64,000 nt of DNA, taken from an uncultured Gammaproteobacteria bacterium (GTDB lineage Bacteria; Patescibacteriota; Microgenomatia; Levybacterales; GWA1-39-11). Each line of letters begins with the position of its first letter. Within the stretch, counting starts at the first letter, position 1. The position numbers were made by a program, and so were the translations under genes. Under the pieces are notes generated by a model. It searched no databases. It was not told the origin of the DNA and saw only the letters and a program-made list of their open reading frames with translations. Below are positions 28,641 to 38,080 of the stretch, piece after piece. The stretch lies in the NCBI GenBank assembly GCA_964537315.1, contig CAZIAP010000002.1, positions 43,237 to 107,236 of the forward strand, read 5' to 3'.

Positions 28641-31191
28641 GGTTTATCGATCCGGAGGGAGGCGGTGTTCCAGAAGGTTTCGGAGTCTGAGGGGTTGGTG
28701 GTGGTGCAGGATTCGGAAAATTAGACGCAGTTGGCATTTGTGAACGTGCCATATTCGCAGTGTGGTAGGTGGCTTGCCCTCCAGAGTTGTTCATAACGGG
28801 TGCAGCTTGTCCTGGAGCTTGTGGTTGAGGCGGCATAGGCTGTTGTGGTGGCGTATTTGGTTGTTGAGGCTGCTGAGTCTGTTGAGCGGGAATAGTGTTT
28901 GCATTAATAGATGACATGTCTGCAGGTGCCTGCTCTATAGTAGGTGGTTGTACGGTTGGTTGGGTGGGTGGAGTCGGGGCTTGGCTACCTGCAAAACCCA
29001 TAGGTCGGTCTATTGCAAGTTCAGGCGCAGCCTGTGGAGCTATTTGTTCGTGTGTTTCCTCTTGTGGGGTAGGAGTAGAGATATCAGGAATTGGTGCCTC
29101 TTGTCCTGAACCAGACGGATCAGGTGAAGCTGCGTCATTTTTTTCTTGCTGCTCTAAAAGATCCTGAGGTTTTGAAGTGATCAGATCGTACTCGAATTGG
29201 GAAGCGATAAACTGAGCAGAGATATGATTTTGTCCAGCAAAAAGCAACCCTTCTCCAACTTGCGCAGTTAGTAAAAATTGCTTCTCACCTTCTGAAAGGA
29301 AAAATGCTTTTGCGAGAGCCTCAACACCTGAGGTACCTTGTTTAAGTAATATCTGAATTGAGGAGTTAGAAACAATAGCTTTTCCATAATCATTATTCAA
29401 AAAATCTTCAATATCTTGTGTAAGAGTTGTCATACCCAGATAATATTTTCGAGCTCGTTTGGCGATTCCTTGTAAAAAGCTTGCTGAATCCGGATACTTC
29501 ATCATGTACCAAGCCTCATCAACGATGAGCAGTCGTTTTTTTAGCTTAGTACGAACACGACTCCAGATAAAGTCTAAGATGACGTGCATTGCAATCGGTC
29601 TTAAAGCATCTTCAAGTTGTTTAATAGAGAAAACAGTTAGCTGACTGCGAATGTCATAGTTAGTTTGAGCATTGAGAAGCCCTGCAAAACCTCCTTTGAC
29701 GAACTTTTCCAATCTAAATGCAAGTTCTTTTGCTTCTTGTTCTTCCATATTCAACAGAGTTTTGTACAAATCTTCTAAAATTGGTGGCTCTTTATCATAT
29801 GTAGCAGGGTCAGGAGTTATGCCTTTTTGTTTATATACAAGGACGAGCGACCTATCAAGGATGGCTTCCTGAGTAGGAGTCATCTCTCCAACCATGGTTT
29901 TAAGAAGTCCGTGTAATGAAAGAATTTTAATGCCAAGTTGAGCATCCGTTCGGTCTTCTGAAAGAAGAGCAAATGGATTGATTGCCACCTCTGAGTTTTT
30001 CGAAAAGTTAATATATTCTCCGCCAAGCGAAGCACACAGGGTTCTATACTCGTCTTCTGGGTCAATGATCAGGATCTCTGCGTCAAACATCATTTGTCGC
30101 AAGATCTCAAGTTTTACTAGGAAAGACTTACCCGAACCGGACTTACCGAAAACTACTTGGTTAGCATTCTCAAAAGAGAATCTATCGACGATAACCAGAG
30201 AATTATTTAATGTATTAACGCCATAAAGAATCCCATTTGGTTGTGATATTTCATATGATGTAAACGGAAAAGTGGATGCCACAGATGTAGTGTCCATATT
30301 TCGGGTGATGAACAACTTGTCTGACCCATAGGGCATAGTGGTTTTAAACCCTTCTTCCATTTGTAGAGTTGCTGATTTCATAAGCAACATGTTTGAGGCA
30401 AGCAGAGTCTGCAATTGTTTGGATTTTTCTTCCAGTTCGTTAGGATTGTCAGCGGTTATAGTTACATATAGTCCAAACTGATAAAAACGTTCTAGTCCTC
30501 GAGCTAATTCCTCGCGTAAAGCAATCGCGTCTTCAAGAGATGCCTGAACTTTGGGATCTGGTTCCAGACCTGCTTTGTAATCGGCATCTAGAGTTGCTTC
30601 CATTTCTGCTATCTTGCGTCTGAGATTTGAGAGTACATCTTTGCTTTCGACAGGGTAAATAAACATGGATATGTTCATAGTCTCTTTGTGATCTATAAGA
30701 ATTGAGAGCCAGTTTGGAGAAACTTCGCGTGGATAATCAGCCACAAAGAAAGTCCTAAAATACCTATCTCCAACCCGTACGTGCTTAAAGTCAACTTCTA
30801 CCGACGGAGGGGCAATTACATCAGCAAGCGAAACAGAGCCTTGTTTTAAAGCATCAAGCGTAGCTCTCTGAGCAGTTGCTGCTTGTTGGGGTGTGGTTCC
30901 ATTTGGCATGACTACAGCCTGTCCAATATTTGGAGCTTGTGGTTGAGTAGGAGTAGCAGGTGCTTGAGCAGGCGCTGGTGGAGGTGTATTAAGTACGGAT
31001 TGAGGCTGTGCGGGCATTGTAGGTTGTGCTTGAGGCATTCCTTGCCCTGAGACTTGTTGTGGTTGTTGTACCGGTATACTTCCAGCAGGTTGAGTTGGTA
31101 CACCATTAGGAAAAGCGGTACCACCTTGATTCACGGAAGGCGTAGCAGGTTGTTGAGATTGTTCTGATTTTTTATTAAATATGTTAAACAT
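28633..31191 (-). CDS. virB4: VirB4-like T4SS ATPase
   Basis: VFGKSGSGKS, IIDPEDEY, IVDEAW, KRARKY, TQDIEDF. Confidence 0.92.
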   Translation of the reverse strand: MFNIFNKKSEQSQQPATPSVNQGGTAFPNGVPTQPAGSIPVQQPQQVSGQGMPQAQPTMPAQPQSVLNTPPPAPAQAPATPTQPQAPNIGQAVVMPNGTTPQQAATAQRATLDALKQGSVSLADVIAPPSVEVDFKHVRVGDRYFRTFFVADYPREVSPNWLSILIDHKETMNISMFIYPVESKDVLSNLRRKIAEMEATLDADYKAGLEPDPKVQASLEDAIALREELARGLERFYQFGLYVTITADNPNELEEKSKQLQTLLASNMLLMKSATLQMEEGFKTTMPYGSDKLFITRNMDTTSVASTFPFTSYEISQPNGILYGVNTLNNSLVIVDRFSFENANQVVFGKSGSGKSFLVKLEILRQMMFDAEILIIDPEDEYRTLCASLGGEYINFSKNSEVAINPFALLSEDRTDAQLGIKILSLHGLLKTMVGEMTPTQEAILDRSLVLVYKQKGITPDPATYDKEPPILEDLYKTLLNMEEQEAKELAFRLEKFVKGGFAGLLNAQTNYDIRSQLTVFSIKQLEDALRPIAMHVILDFIWSRVRTKLKKRLLIVDEAWYMMKYPDSASFLQGIAKRARKYYLGMTTLTQDIEDFLNNDYGKAIVSNSSIQILLKQGTSGVEALAKAFFLSEGEKQFLLTAQVGEGLLFAGQNHISAQFIASQFEYDLITSKPQDLLEQQEKNDAASPDPSGSGQEAPIPDISTPTPQEETHEQIAPQAAPELAIDRPMGFAGSQAPTPPTQPTVQPPTIEQAPADMSSINANTIPAQQTQQPQQPNTPPQQPMPPQPQAPGQAAPVMNNSGGQATYHTANMARSQMPTASNFPNPAPPPTPQTPKPSGTPPPSGSINHG

Positions 31192-31204
31192 GGACAGGTA
31201 CCTT

Positions 31205-31270
31205 AATTTCTAATTAACCTAATTATTCTAATTTCTAAACAATTTATAATTTCTCAAATGATCAATTTAT
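31205..31270. repeat. degenerate heptamer array (AATTTCT)
   Basis: AATTTCT at 31205, 31230 and 31248; AATTTAT at 31241 and 31264. Confidence 0.7.
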
Positions 31271-31884
31271 AATATTATATTTGTTATGTCATCTGACTGA
31301 AAATCTAGAGAAACTGTTTCCTGGTTATATAGTTCGTAGAGTACTTTTGCCACCTCGCTAGATTCAAGCGGTCGTGCAGATAGACCCATACGTTGAATCT
31401 GGCTTAAAACTCCGGCCTGCTTGCTATTCACTGCTTCTTTAATGCGGTCTTGCAGGGTCATCTTTTTGTTGGTAATTGGTCCAAGTTCAAGAGAAGAGAA
31501 GGGAATTACAACATAGATTTTTTTATCGAGCAAATTTTCACCTTTTACCAGCTCTTGGATGAATTGCTTGTACATAATAAGGTGCTCTGATAGATTTGGA
31601 TCCTGAGTTTTCTCTATTTTTGATTCTAGCATAGATAGATACTCGGTCATGTCAACTTTTTTAGAAACGATAAAAATCTGGATAGCAGATGAAAGTGAGT
31701 TCAGAAATGACATGAATCCGTATATTCGCGCATTCTGTTCCTCTGTTGAAAGTAGGAAAAAATTGACAGATGATACTTCAAGAATTGAAGCCGCATTGTT
31801 CCCTTTTAAGAACAAGATACCGTCTTTAATATCTTCTACTTCTGTAAATCCTTGTGTTGTTGATTGTATTTTTGCTTTAGCCAT
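31267..31884 (-). CDS. conserved T4SS protein upstream of virB4
   Basis: STQ.F..V.DIKDG...LEVSSVNF.L.S.EEQ...FLNSL pattern; located between prgI and virB4. Confidence 0.75.
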   Translation of the reverse strand: MAKAKIQSTTQGFTEVEDIKDGILFLKGNNAASILEVSSVNFFLLSTEEQNARIYGFMSFLNSLSSAIQIFIVSKKVDMTEYLSMLESKIEKTQDPNLSEHLIMYKQFIQELVKGENLLDKKIYVVIPFSSLELGPITNKKMTLQDRIKEAVNSKQAGVLSQIQRMGLSARPLESSEVAKVLYELYNQETVSLDFQSDDITNIIL

Positions 31885-31917
31885 AAACCTAATAAATTCT
31901 TAAGTACCTTAGCATAT

Positions 31918-33234
31918 CTATGCAGCAGGCATAGTTGGACTAGGTGTTGGAATTGGTGTATTTCCAAATAATTCTCTGCGTAATTTTTCCCGTTGATCAA
32001 TTGATATAATCTCAAGCGGGTTGAATATTTCGCCTTTCATTTCTATTTGAACATTCTCAAACTCATGTTTTTTTCCTGGATCGTCAAAGTACATCTTGTA
32101 TGTTCCGTTAGGGAGTGGAGTGGCAGAGATAAACTGTCCAAGAGCGTTTGTCTTGAATGCACGGACAGGGATTTCATTGCTGTCTACGACCTCTACTAAT
32201 ATGTTTTGTAAAACTTTTCCACGAGGGTCTTTAACTATTCCTAGAACTATATTAGGTATATCCGGCAAAGTTGGGAAACCCGAGCTTAAGTTAGATTGAG
32301 GAGTGACACTTTTTACTGTAGCTGCTTTTGGAGCCTCTTTCTCTACAGGAGTGACAGCTGGACGTTGTGATACTTGTTTTGCTTGCTGCATAACCTGCTT
32401 TTTTTGAAATGTAGCCGTTTGACCAAGTGCTTCTGCCAACTTTTGTTCTAGATCTCGAATTTTTGCTTCCAAGTCTGCTGTCTTTCCAACACTTTGTTCT
32501 GCAACTCTAATATCTTGAATTTCTTTTTTAATTTCTGCTATGTCATCCGCTGGCTTAGGTTGTGGGGCAGGAGCAGGCTTTACTACATCTGTAGGTAAAG
32601 AGTTTTTCTGCACTATTTTTTCTGGTACAGCTGGCATAACCGGTTTTACAGCCTCTCTTTTAATAATTTTTGGTTGAGAAGGTGGAGGAGTTACTCGTCT
32701 GGTTTCATTTGCGAGAGGATTAGGTGTAGATACAGACATATCTGGATTATCAAAAGAAGCTTTTAGATTAGAAAAGTACTGCATTTCCCGGTCGTCAGGT
32801 CGGAAATAAGAGCTGCGGAGCGCGCTAGCGAGCGCTTTTCTATTTGCCTCATTTTTTGATTGTTGAGGAACTGGTTGTTGAGTGGCTGAAGCCTGTACTG
32901 CTTTTGCAGGTTGTAAGAACTGATACTTTGTGAGGTCAATGCCCTGTTTACGATATACGTACTGATTTTCTTTTGGTATGGAGCGCGCAAAATATATCAG
33001 CATTTTATCTAGAGGTCTACCACCTACAGGTACAAAGGCCAGTGCCACTCCTGCTGCTGCAAAAATACCCATCAATGGAACCATCAAAAACGGGTGACTT
33101 TTATTCATGGCGACAAAAGTAAGCGTGCAAAAAATTCCAGCTACAACTACATATCCAAATTGTTTAACGGTCATGGAGCCGATTATCTTGAATTTAAAGC
33201 CTGTAATGTCCTGAGGAATTGGATGGTTTTCCAT
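31918..33234 (-). CDS. prgI: PrgI family protein with C-terminal carboxypeptidase-regulatory-like domain
   Basis: HPIPQDI..F.FKIIG.MT.KQF, two TMs, GRPLD; C-terminal GIVKD.RG..L.N..VE...KTNALGQF. Confidence 0.8.
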   Translation of the reverse strand: MENHPIPQDITGFKFKIIGSMTVKQFGYVVVAGIFCTLTFVAMNKSHPFLMVPLMGIFAAAGVALAFVPVGGRPLDKMLIYFARSIPKENQYVYRKQGIDLTKYQFLQPAKAVQASATQQPVPQQSKNEANRKALASALRSSYFRPDDREMQYFSNLKASFDNPDMSVSTPNPLANETRRVTPPPSQPKIIKREAVKPVMPAVPEKIVQKNSLPTDVVKPAPAPQPKPADDIAEIKKEIQDIRVAEQSVGKTADLEAKIRDLEQKLAEALGQTATFQKKQVMQQAKQVSQRPAVTPVEKEAPKAATVKSVTPQSNLSSGFPTLPDIPNIVLGIVKDPRGKVLQNILVEVVDSNEIPVRAFKTNALGQFISATPLPNGTYKMYFDDPGKKHEFENVQIEMKGEIFNPLEIISIDQREKLRRELFGNTPIPTPSPTMPAA

Positions 33235-33394
33235 ATAATCAAGCGTATAACGTGAAAATTTTATATTCAAGCATCTCAAACTAGGTCAAAGAGTCACAAA
33301 AATTGTGAAAATAAGACTTTATAAGCGATTAAAAGTTAAAAATGCATTAATAGTTGCTACATTATTGACACGATTCTATACTTAAGTTAGATAC

Positions 33395-34099
33395 ATGGAG
33401 GAATATATTTGGTTAATTCTAATTTCTGAGCTGGTTTTTCTTTTTTTTACTTCACGCTATATCTCCAAAGCTTTATTTTCTCTTAGTTATAAGGTATTTA
33501 GGAAGCAGAGCATTGCAATACGATTTGTAGCATTAATTTTCTTTCCCGGTACAGTAATTCATGAACTTGCACATTACTTGATGGCAAAGATGCTTTTTGT
33601 CAGAACAGGTAAGGTAGAGTTGACCCCCGAGTTGCATGGTAACGGTTTAAAACTGGGAAGTGTGCAAGTTGCTAAATCAGATATTCTTAGACAATTTTTG
33701 ATCGGTGTTGCACCTTTACTATTTGGATCAGCTTTGTTAGTACTTGGAACTTACTATTCTTTGCCGAAGATAATAAACTTTTCATTAGATACCTCATACC
33801 TTATACTTGCTACTTTATACCTATATGTTATTTTCGTAATCACCAACACGATGTTCTCAAGTAAAAAAGATATGGAAGGAGCGTTGGGGTTATTTATTTT
33901 TATTGCTTTTGTTACTTCAGTAATATTTGTTGCCGGGAGAGAAGAGTGGTTAATCGAACCTGTTCGGTTTATAAATGGGAATTTAATGGTACAGCTTTAT
34001 AGCAAGCAAGCAGCTCAATTATTACTAATTCCGGTTGGCATTAACTTTACAATTTTACTTCTTAATAATCTTGTGAGATTTCTTAGAAAAAATAATTAG
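33395..34099 (+). CDS. M50-like intramembrane metalloprotease
   Basis: FPGTVIHELAH, IGVAP, MFSSKKD and multiple TMs. Confidence 0.75.
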   Translation: MEEYIWLILISELVFLFFTSRYISKALFSLSYKVFRKQSIAIRFVALIFFPGTVIHELAHYLMAKMLFVRTGKVELTPELHGNGLKLGSVQVAKSDILRQFLIGVAPLLFGSALLVLGTYYSLPKIINFSLDTSYLILATLYLYVIFVITNTMFSSKKDMEGALGLFIFIAFVTSVIFVAGREEWLIEPVRFINGNLMVQLYSKQAAQLLLIPVGINFTILLLNNLVRFLRKNN

Positions 34100-34114
34100 A
34101 AGTTAAGAGGACAA

Positions 34115-34459
34115 CTAGTTTGTCTCAGTATCAGGAACAATGACGTTTTGATCTACACCTAAAAGGCCGAAAAATCCATTAAATAACGCAAATGATACCG
34201 CAATAAATACAAAACCGATAATTGCAAAAGTTAAAGTTTTTTTAGCACCAGAAATCTTTTCAGGGTCACCATTAGCCGTGATTAGCTGAATACCGCTCCA
34301 TATAATGAAAATTAATGCAACTGCACTTGATAAAACAATTGCTGCATTAATGATGTTGGAGAAAAGCGGCCATATACAGGATAGAGTTGCAACCTGAGTA
34401 CCGGAAGCAGTTTCATGTAAGCACCCAGATTCATCCCAGGGACGAGTAAATAAAGCCAT
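34115..34459 (-). CDS. VirB2/TrbC-like pilin
   Basis: IIWSGIQLITANGDPEKISGAKKTLTFAIIG. Confidence 0.85.
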   Translation of the reverse strand: MALFTRPWDESGCLHETASGTQVATLSCIWPLFSNIINAAIVLSSAVALIFIIWSGIQLITANGDPEKISGAKKTLTFAIIGFVFIAVSFALFNGFFGLLGVDQNVIVPDTETN

Positions 34460-34517
34460 ATATTGTTTATAACAAAATCAGAAGATGAAAACTAGTAGTT
34501 TGGATTAAAGAATGAAT

Positions 34518-34979
34518 TTATTGACCTGAGAGCCTAGCGTTCTCACATTCACTTAATGCTTGACCTTCTCTTAGGTTAAGATAACACTCAAGCGTTGGAA
34601 TGTTAGGATTTAATATATCTCCAGCTCCGAGTAGTCCCATTACAAAATTAAGAATAACTACTGCTAACAGCAACACTACAAGACCTATAATTGCTGCAAT
34701 TATATGGCCTCTAGCTTCAGAAACCTTTTCCTTATCTCCGCCAGAAATGATCCATTTAATAGCTCCCCAGAGTAGAAAAATTAGTGCTGCAATAATACCA
34801 ATTGCAATTAATATAATAATTATCCAACGAACAACAGTGTTAACTGTAGCAACAGGACCTGGGTCGACAAGTGGAACGTCACCTGGAACGATATCGTTCT
34901 GCGCAAATACTTGAAATGAAGTAAATAGATAAAGTGCTGTTGCAGATAATATAGCTGTTGATTTTTTTAGAAATTTCAT
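34518..34979 (-). CDS. VirB2/TrbC-like pilin
   Basis: GAIKWIISGGDKEKVSEARGHIIAAIIG; signal peptide from MKFLKK. Confidence 0.85.
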   Translation of the reverse strand: MKFLKKSTAILSATALYLFTSFQVFAQNDIVPGDVPLVDPGPVATVNTVVRWIIIILIAIGIIAALIFLLWGAIKWIISGGDKEKVSEARGHIIAAIIGLVVLLLAVVILNFVMGLLGAGDILNPNIPTLECYLNLREGQALSECENARLSGQ

Positions 34980-35025
34980 ATCTAACTGATTATGGACATA
35001 TATGGAATTAGTTGTCAAGAGGTAA

Positions 35026-35394
35026 TTAAACGGGTGATAGCTCTCCGCCACCGCCACCTGGTCTGGACGCTGACTGAAACACATTTATCCCTAATAGTCC
35101 TCCTATGAAATTCATAATGACAAGAGAGAGTATAATAACAACGAGTCCAATAATAGAATATATGATTGTTCTGCGAGCGCTATCAAGTTTTTCTTTATCT
35201 CCCCCTGATGTGATCCATTTTATAGCACCAATAATAAGAAAGATAAGTGCAGCAATAATTCCCACACTAGTTAAAATAATAATTACCCAGGAAATTATGC
35301 CAGCTAATCCACCCTCACCAGTTGTGGGTACACCTTCAGGGGGTACGACTTCTTGTCCACCGGGTAGAGTCAGAGAAAGTAGTTTTTCCTTCAT
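35026..35394 (-). CDS. VirB2/TrbC-like pilin
   Basis: GAIKWITSGGDKEKLDSARRTIIYSIIG. Confidence 0.85.
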   Translation of the reverse strand: MKEKLLSLTLPGGQEVVPPEGVPTTGEGGLAGIISWVIIILTSVGIIAALIFLIIGAIKWITSGGDKEKLDSARRTIIYSIIGLVVIILSLVIMNFIGGLLGINVFQSASRPGGGGGELSPV

Positions 35395-35444
35395 AATATT
35401 AAGTTAAGCTTTGTTTGGGGAAAAAGTCAATATTGATGGGTGTA

Positions 35445-35469
35445 GGCGCCCGCTTTTTGAGCAGGCGCC
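35445..35469 (-). terminator. GC-rich hairpin downstream of the lipoprotein gene
   Basis: GGCGCCTGCT-CAAAA-AGCGGGCGCC; no U tract. Confidence 0.5.
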
Positions 35470-35486
35470 AAGTAAACTAAATACGA

Positions 35487-36098
35487 CTAGTAGGAGCTAG
35501 CTAAGGTCAAAGAGATCTTCTCGAAGTCATCGAGGTAATCTTCAAACCACGCAGGTCGAGCGCTGAGTTCCAATCTCACCATGTAAGGAGATCCATCGAA
35601 ACTGGTTGTCGGGAAGAATACAAGAACATGTTTTGTTATCCCGTTTGACCAAGATTTGTCATAGGAGAATTTCCAAGCAATACCTTCCTGCGGATTAAAC
35701 GCTCCATGACTTATGACGTTACTTAGAGTATCAAACCCTGCAAATGTTTGGTGATAGCAGTCAGCAAACTCTGGTAGAGATGTGTCTGAATTCCAGACAC
35801 AGTGGTCCCAGACAAGTTTGCTGCAATAGATGCTAACATTGTCTTCAAGTTCCCCAGCAGGAACTATCAAGTTCCCTTCGCTGTTTACGATTGACCAAGC
35901 CGATGGATATCTCACTGTCGCTAGGTTGCTACAGTTGATACGACCGTCCAGAGTCAGATCTGGAGATGATTGAGAACTCTGTTGAGCAGGCTTTGATGTC
36001 TGAACATCGCTGTTCTCATTCTCAGAAGCACTGCTATCGTTTCCGCAAGCTGCGAGCAATAAACCGGCGGCTAGAACAATCAATACGAACAGTTTCAT
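35487..36098 (-). CDS. putative lipoprotein (PsbP-like fold possible)
   Basis: MKLFVLIVLAAGLLLAA-C lipobox, Ser/Gln linker, VRYPSAW motif. Confidence 0.7.
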   Translation of the reverse strand: MKLFVLIVLAAGLLLAACGNDSSASENENSDVQTSKPAQQSSQSSPDLTLDGRINCSNLATVRYPSAWSIVNSEGNLIVPAGELEDNVSIYCSKLVWDHCVWNSDTSLPEFADCYHQTFAGFDTLSNVISHGAFNPQEGIAWKFSYDKSWSNGITKHVLVFFPTTSFDGSPYMVRLELSARPAWFEDYLDDFEKISLTLASSY

Positions 36099-36293
36099 GG
36101 TTCCCAGCCTTCCTGATAGCAAGCGATGCTTAGAAAGATTTGCGCCTGCAGAAAGAAATAATAGAGCAGAATCCTTTCTAGTCGTGTTAAAGTACTGATG
36201 ATTCTGATTACATACAACAGTAACAGTTACATCTTAACCGGGAATTATAGCATAAAAAAGCGCTAAAATCAATACTATGGGACTTATTGATTG

Positions 36294-38036
36294 CTAAGAA
36301 CCTCGCTCAAATCCAGGTATCTGTAAGATGTCAATACCTATAATTTCAAGAATAGCAATGGACAAAATCAAAAAGATGAGCCCGGTAACTGATGAAGTTA
36401 TTAGTTCACGAGAACGACTAATCTTTTCTTTATCTCCTCTTGAAGTAAGAATTATATATCCTGCATAAAGAATGCGTGCAAACGCAGCCATAATACCTAT
36501 TGTTAATAAGAAAGATCCTGCATCGCGTATGAACTCTAAAGGGTTAGTTGAGAATGCAAAAATTGCAGTTTCATATTTCCCGCACTGGAATCGAGTTGGA
36601 TCTGTCTCATCAACATCTTCTCCCTTTGCATTCACCCATTGGGCGCAGGGTAGGCCGGAGTCAAGCTGTTGCTGATTAATTGCATGTTGTAGTTCTGACA
36701 TATTTGGATCTGCTTCTATCCATCTTGTGTCAACGTATGCATTGCCTTCACTATCGATATTGATGGGAATTTCATATAAAGTGAACCCACCCTGACAGAG
36801 GTCAAGATGACGGTATCGATTCGCAAAGCCAGTATCGTTAATTTGCTCGTTAATTTTTAGAATATACTTTCCTGTTGGAAAAGCGCTATTTCCATTACGT
36901 TCATCTGCAATTGTTTCTGTTACTCCATCTTCACCTATAACAACACATCTTTCTCCTGTACTGTTATGAATGAAACCAGATTTGTAGTCGTTATCAACCC
37001 CCTCAAGTACAATTTGATAATTATTGCGTTTTTCTCCTCCTGCTGTTTGTCGTCCAGAAAGAGTAACTGTGATTGGGTTAGATATTTCCACAACTCCTGG
37101 GGGTTTATCAGAATTTTTAAAGAGAATTCTACTAGTGGATCCTGTGTCTTTATTGAATCCGAACTCCAGACCTTCATGAATAGTTACGTCAGGATAATAG
37201 TGATGTACATAAAACTCAGCTAAAGCAACTAGGACAGGTGCTTCATTTTTTACAATATAAGCTCCAATTCGGTAAATGCTTCCGGCATGAAACCAGTCTC
37301 CGCTATCACATTCTGTTTTTAATTTTTTATCTTTGTTACCGCATACTGTTATATCGTCGTTATTTGAAATTCCAGCTTCTTCTCGACTGATTAGTAACTT
37401 TCCATTTCCTTTTAGCACATTGTTTTCGCATTCTTGTTGATCAGAAAGAAGGCAGAACTTGGCACCATCAGGTAAATTATTAAAACGAATCTTTACATTT
37501 TCCTCGTTGCTATCAATGAGGCCATCAGGGCTTATTATCTCTGCTGAAGGTGATTCTCCAGATATAGTGCTGTTTGTGTTGTTTTCTGAGGAAGAACCAT
37601 CATTAGAATCTTGTTCATTGTTTTGCGGGGCGGAAATAGTGATAGAAAGATTCCCTGAAGCTTCACATAGTGTGTTTTCCTCCGTGCCACTAACACGAAC
37701 AGATGCATTAGTACCGGGCTCAATCGGAGGAACAACAAGATTGTAATTTCTCTGTGATGTATTATAAGTACTTGCTGTTCCTAGTGAGTTTCCAGAGCTG
37801 TCGATGAACTCGAAATAGTAACCAGTACCTGATTGGACTTCTGCATTCGGATCTATGGTTGCTCCAACTCCCATTGTTTGTCCTGAAATAACAGGGGTAC
37901 TGTCCAACCTATTTAATGAAATTGTTGGAAGTTTTGTACATGCAGCAGCTGAAACTTGGGGAATATCTCTAAATAAGAAAGCTAGAATAATGAGTGAAAT
38001 AACTCCTAGAGAAGCAAAAATAACAACTTTTCTCAT
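36294..38036 (-). CDS. large secreted protein with C-terminal VirB2-like pilin domain
   Basis: Signal peptide, Cys-containing beta region, C-terminal YAGYIILTSRGDKEKISRSRELITSSVTG. Confidence 0.8.
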   Translation of the reverse strand: MRKVVIFASLGVISLIILAFLFRDIPQVSAAACTKLPTISLNRLDSTPVISGQTMGVGATIDPNAEVQSGTGYYFEFIDSSGNSLGTASTYNTSQRNYNLVVPPIEPGTNASVRVSGTEENTLCEASGNLSITISAPQNNEQDSNDGSSSENNTNSTISGESPSAEIISPDGLIDSNEENVKIRFNNLPDGAKFCLLSDQQECENNVLKGNGKLLISREEAGISNNDDITVCGNKDKKLKTECDSGDWFHAGSIYRIGAYIVKNEAPVLVALAEFYVHHYYPDVTIHEGLEFGFNKDTGSTSRILFKNSDKPPGVVEISNPITVTLSGRQTAGGEKRNNYQIVLEGVDNDYKSGFIHNSTGERCVVIGEDGVTETIADERNGNSAFPTGKYILKINEQINDTGFANRYRHLDLCQGGFTLYEIPINIDSEGNAYVDTRWIEADPNMSELQHAINQQQLDSGLPCAQWVNAKGEDVDETDPTRFQCGKYETAIFAFSTNPLEFIRDAGSFLLTIGIMAAFARILYAGYIILTSRGDKEKISRSRELITSSVTGLIFLILSIAILEIIGIDILQIPGFERGS

Positions 38037-38080
38037 ATATTCATCATATCCATACACGTATAATGAAAGCAAGTTGAAAT

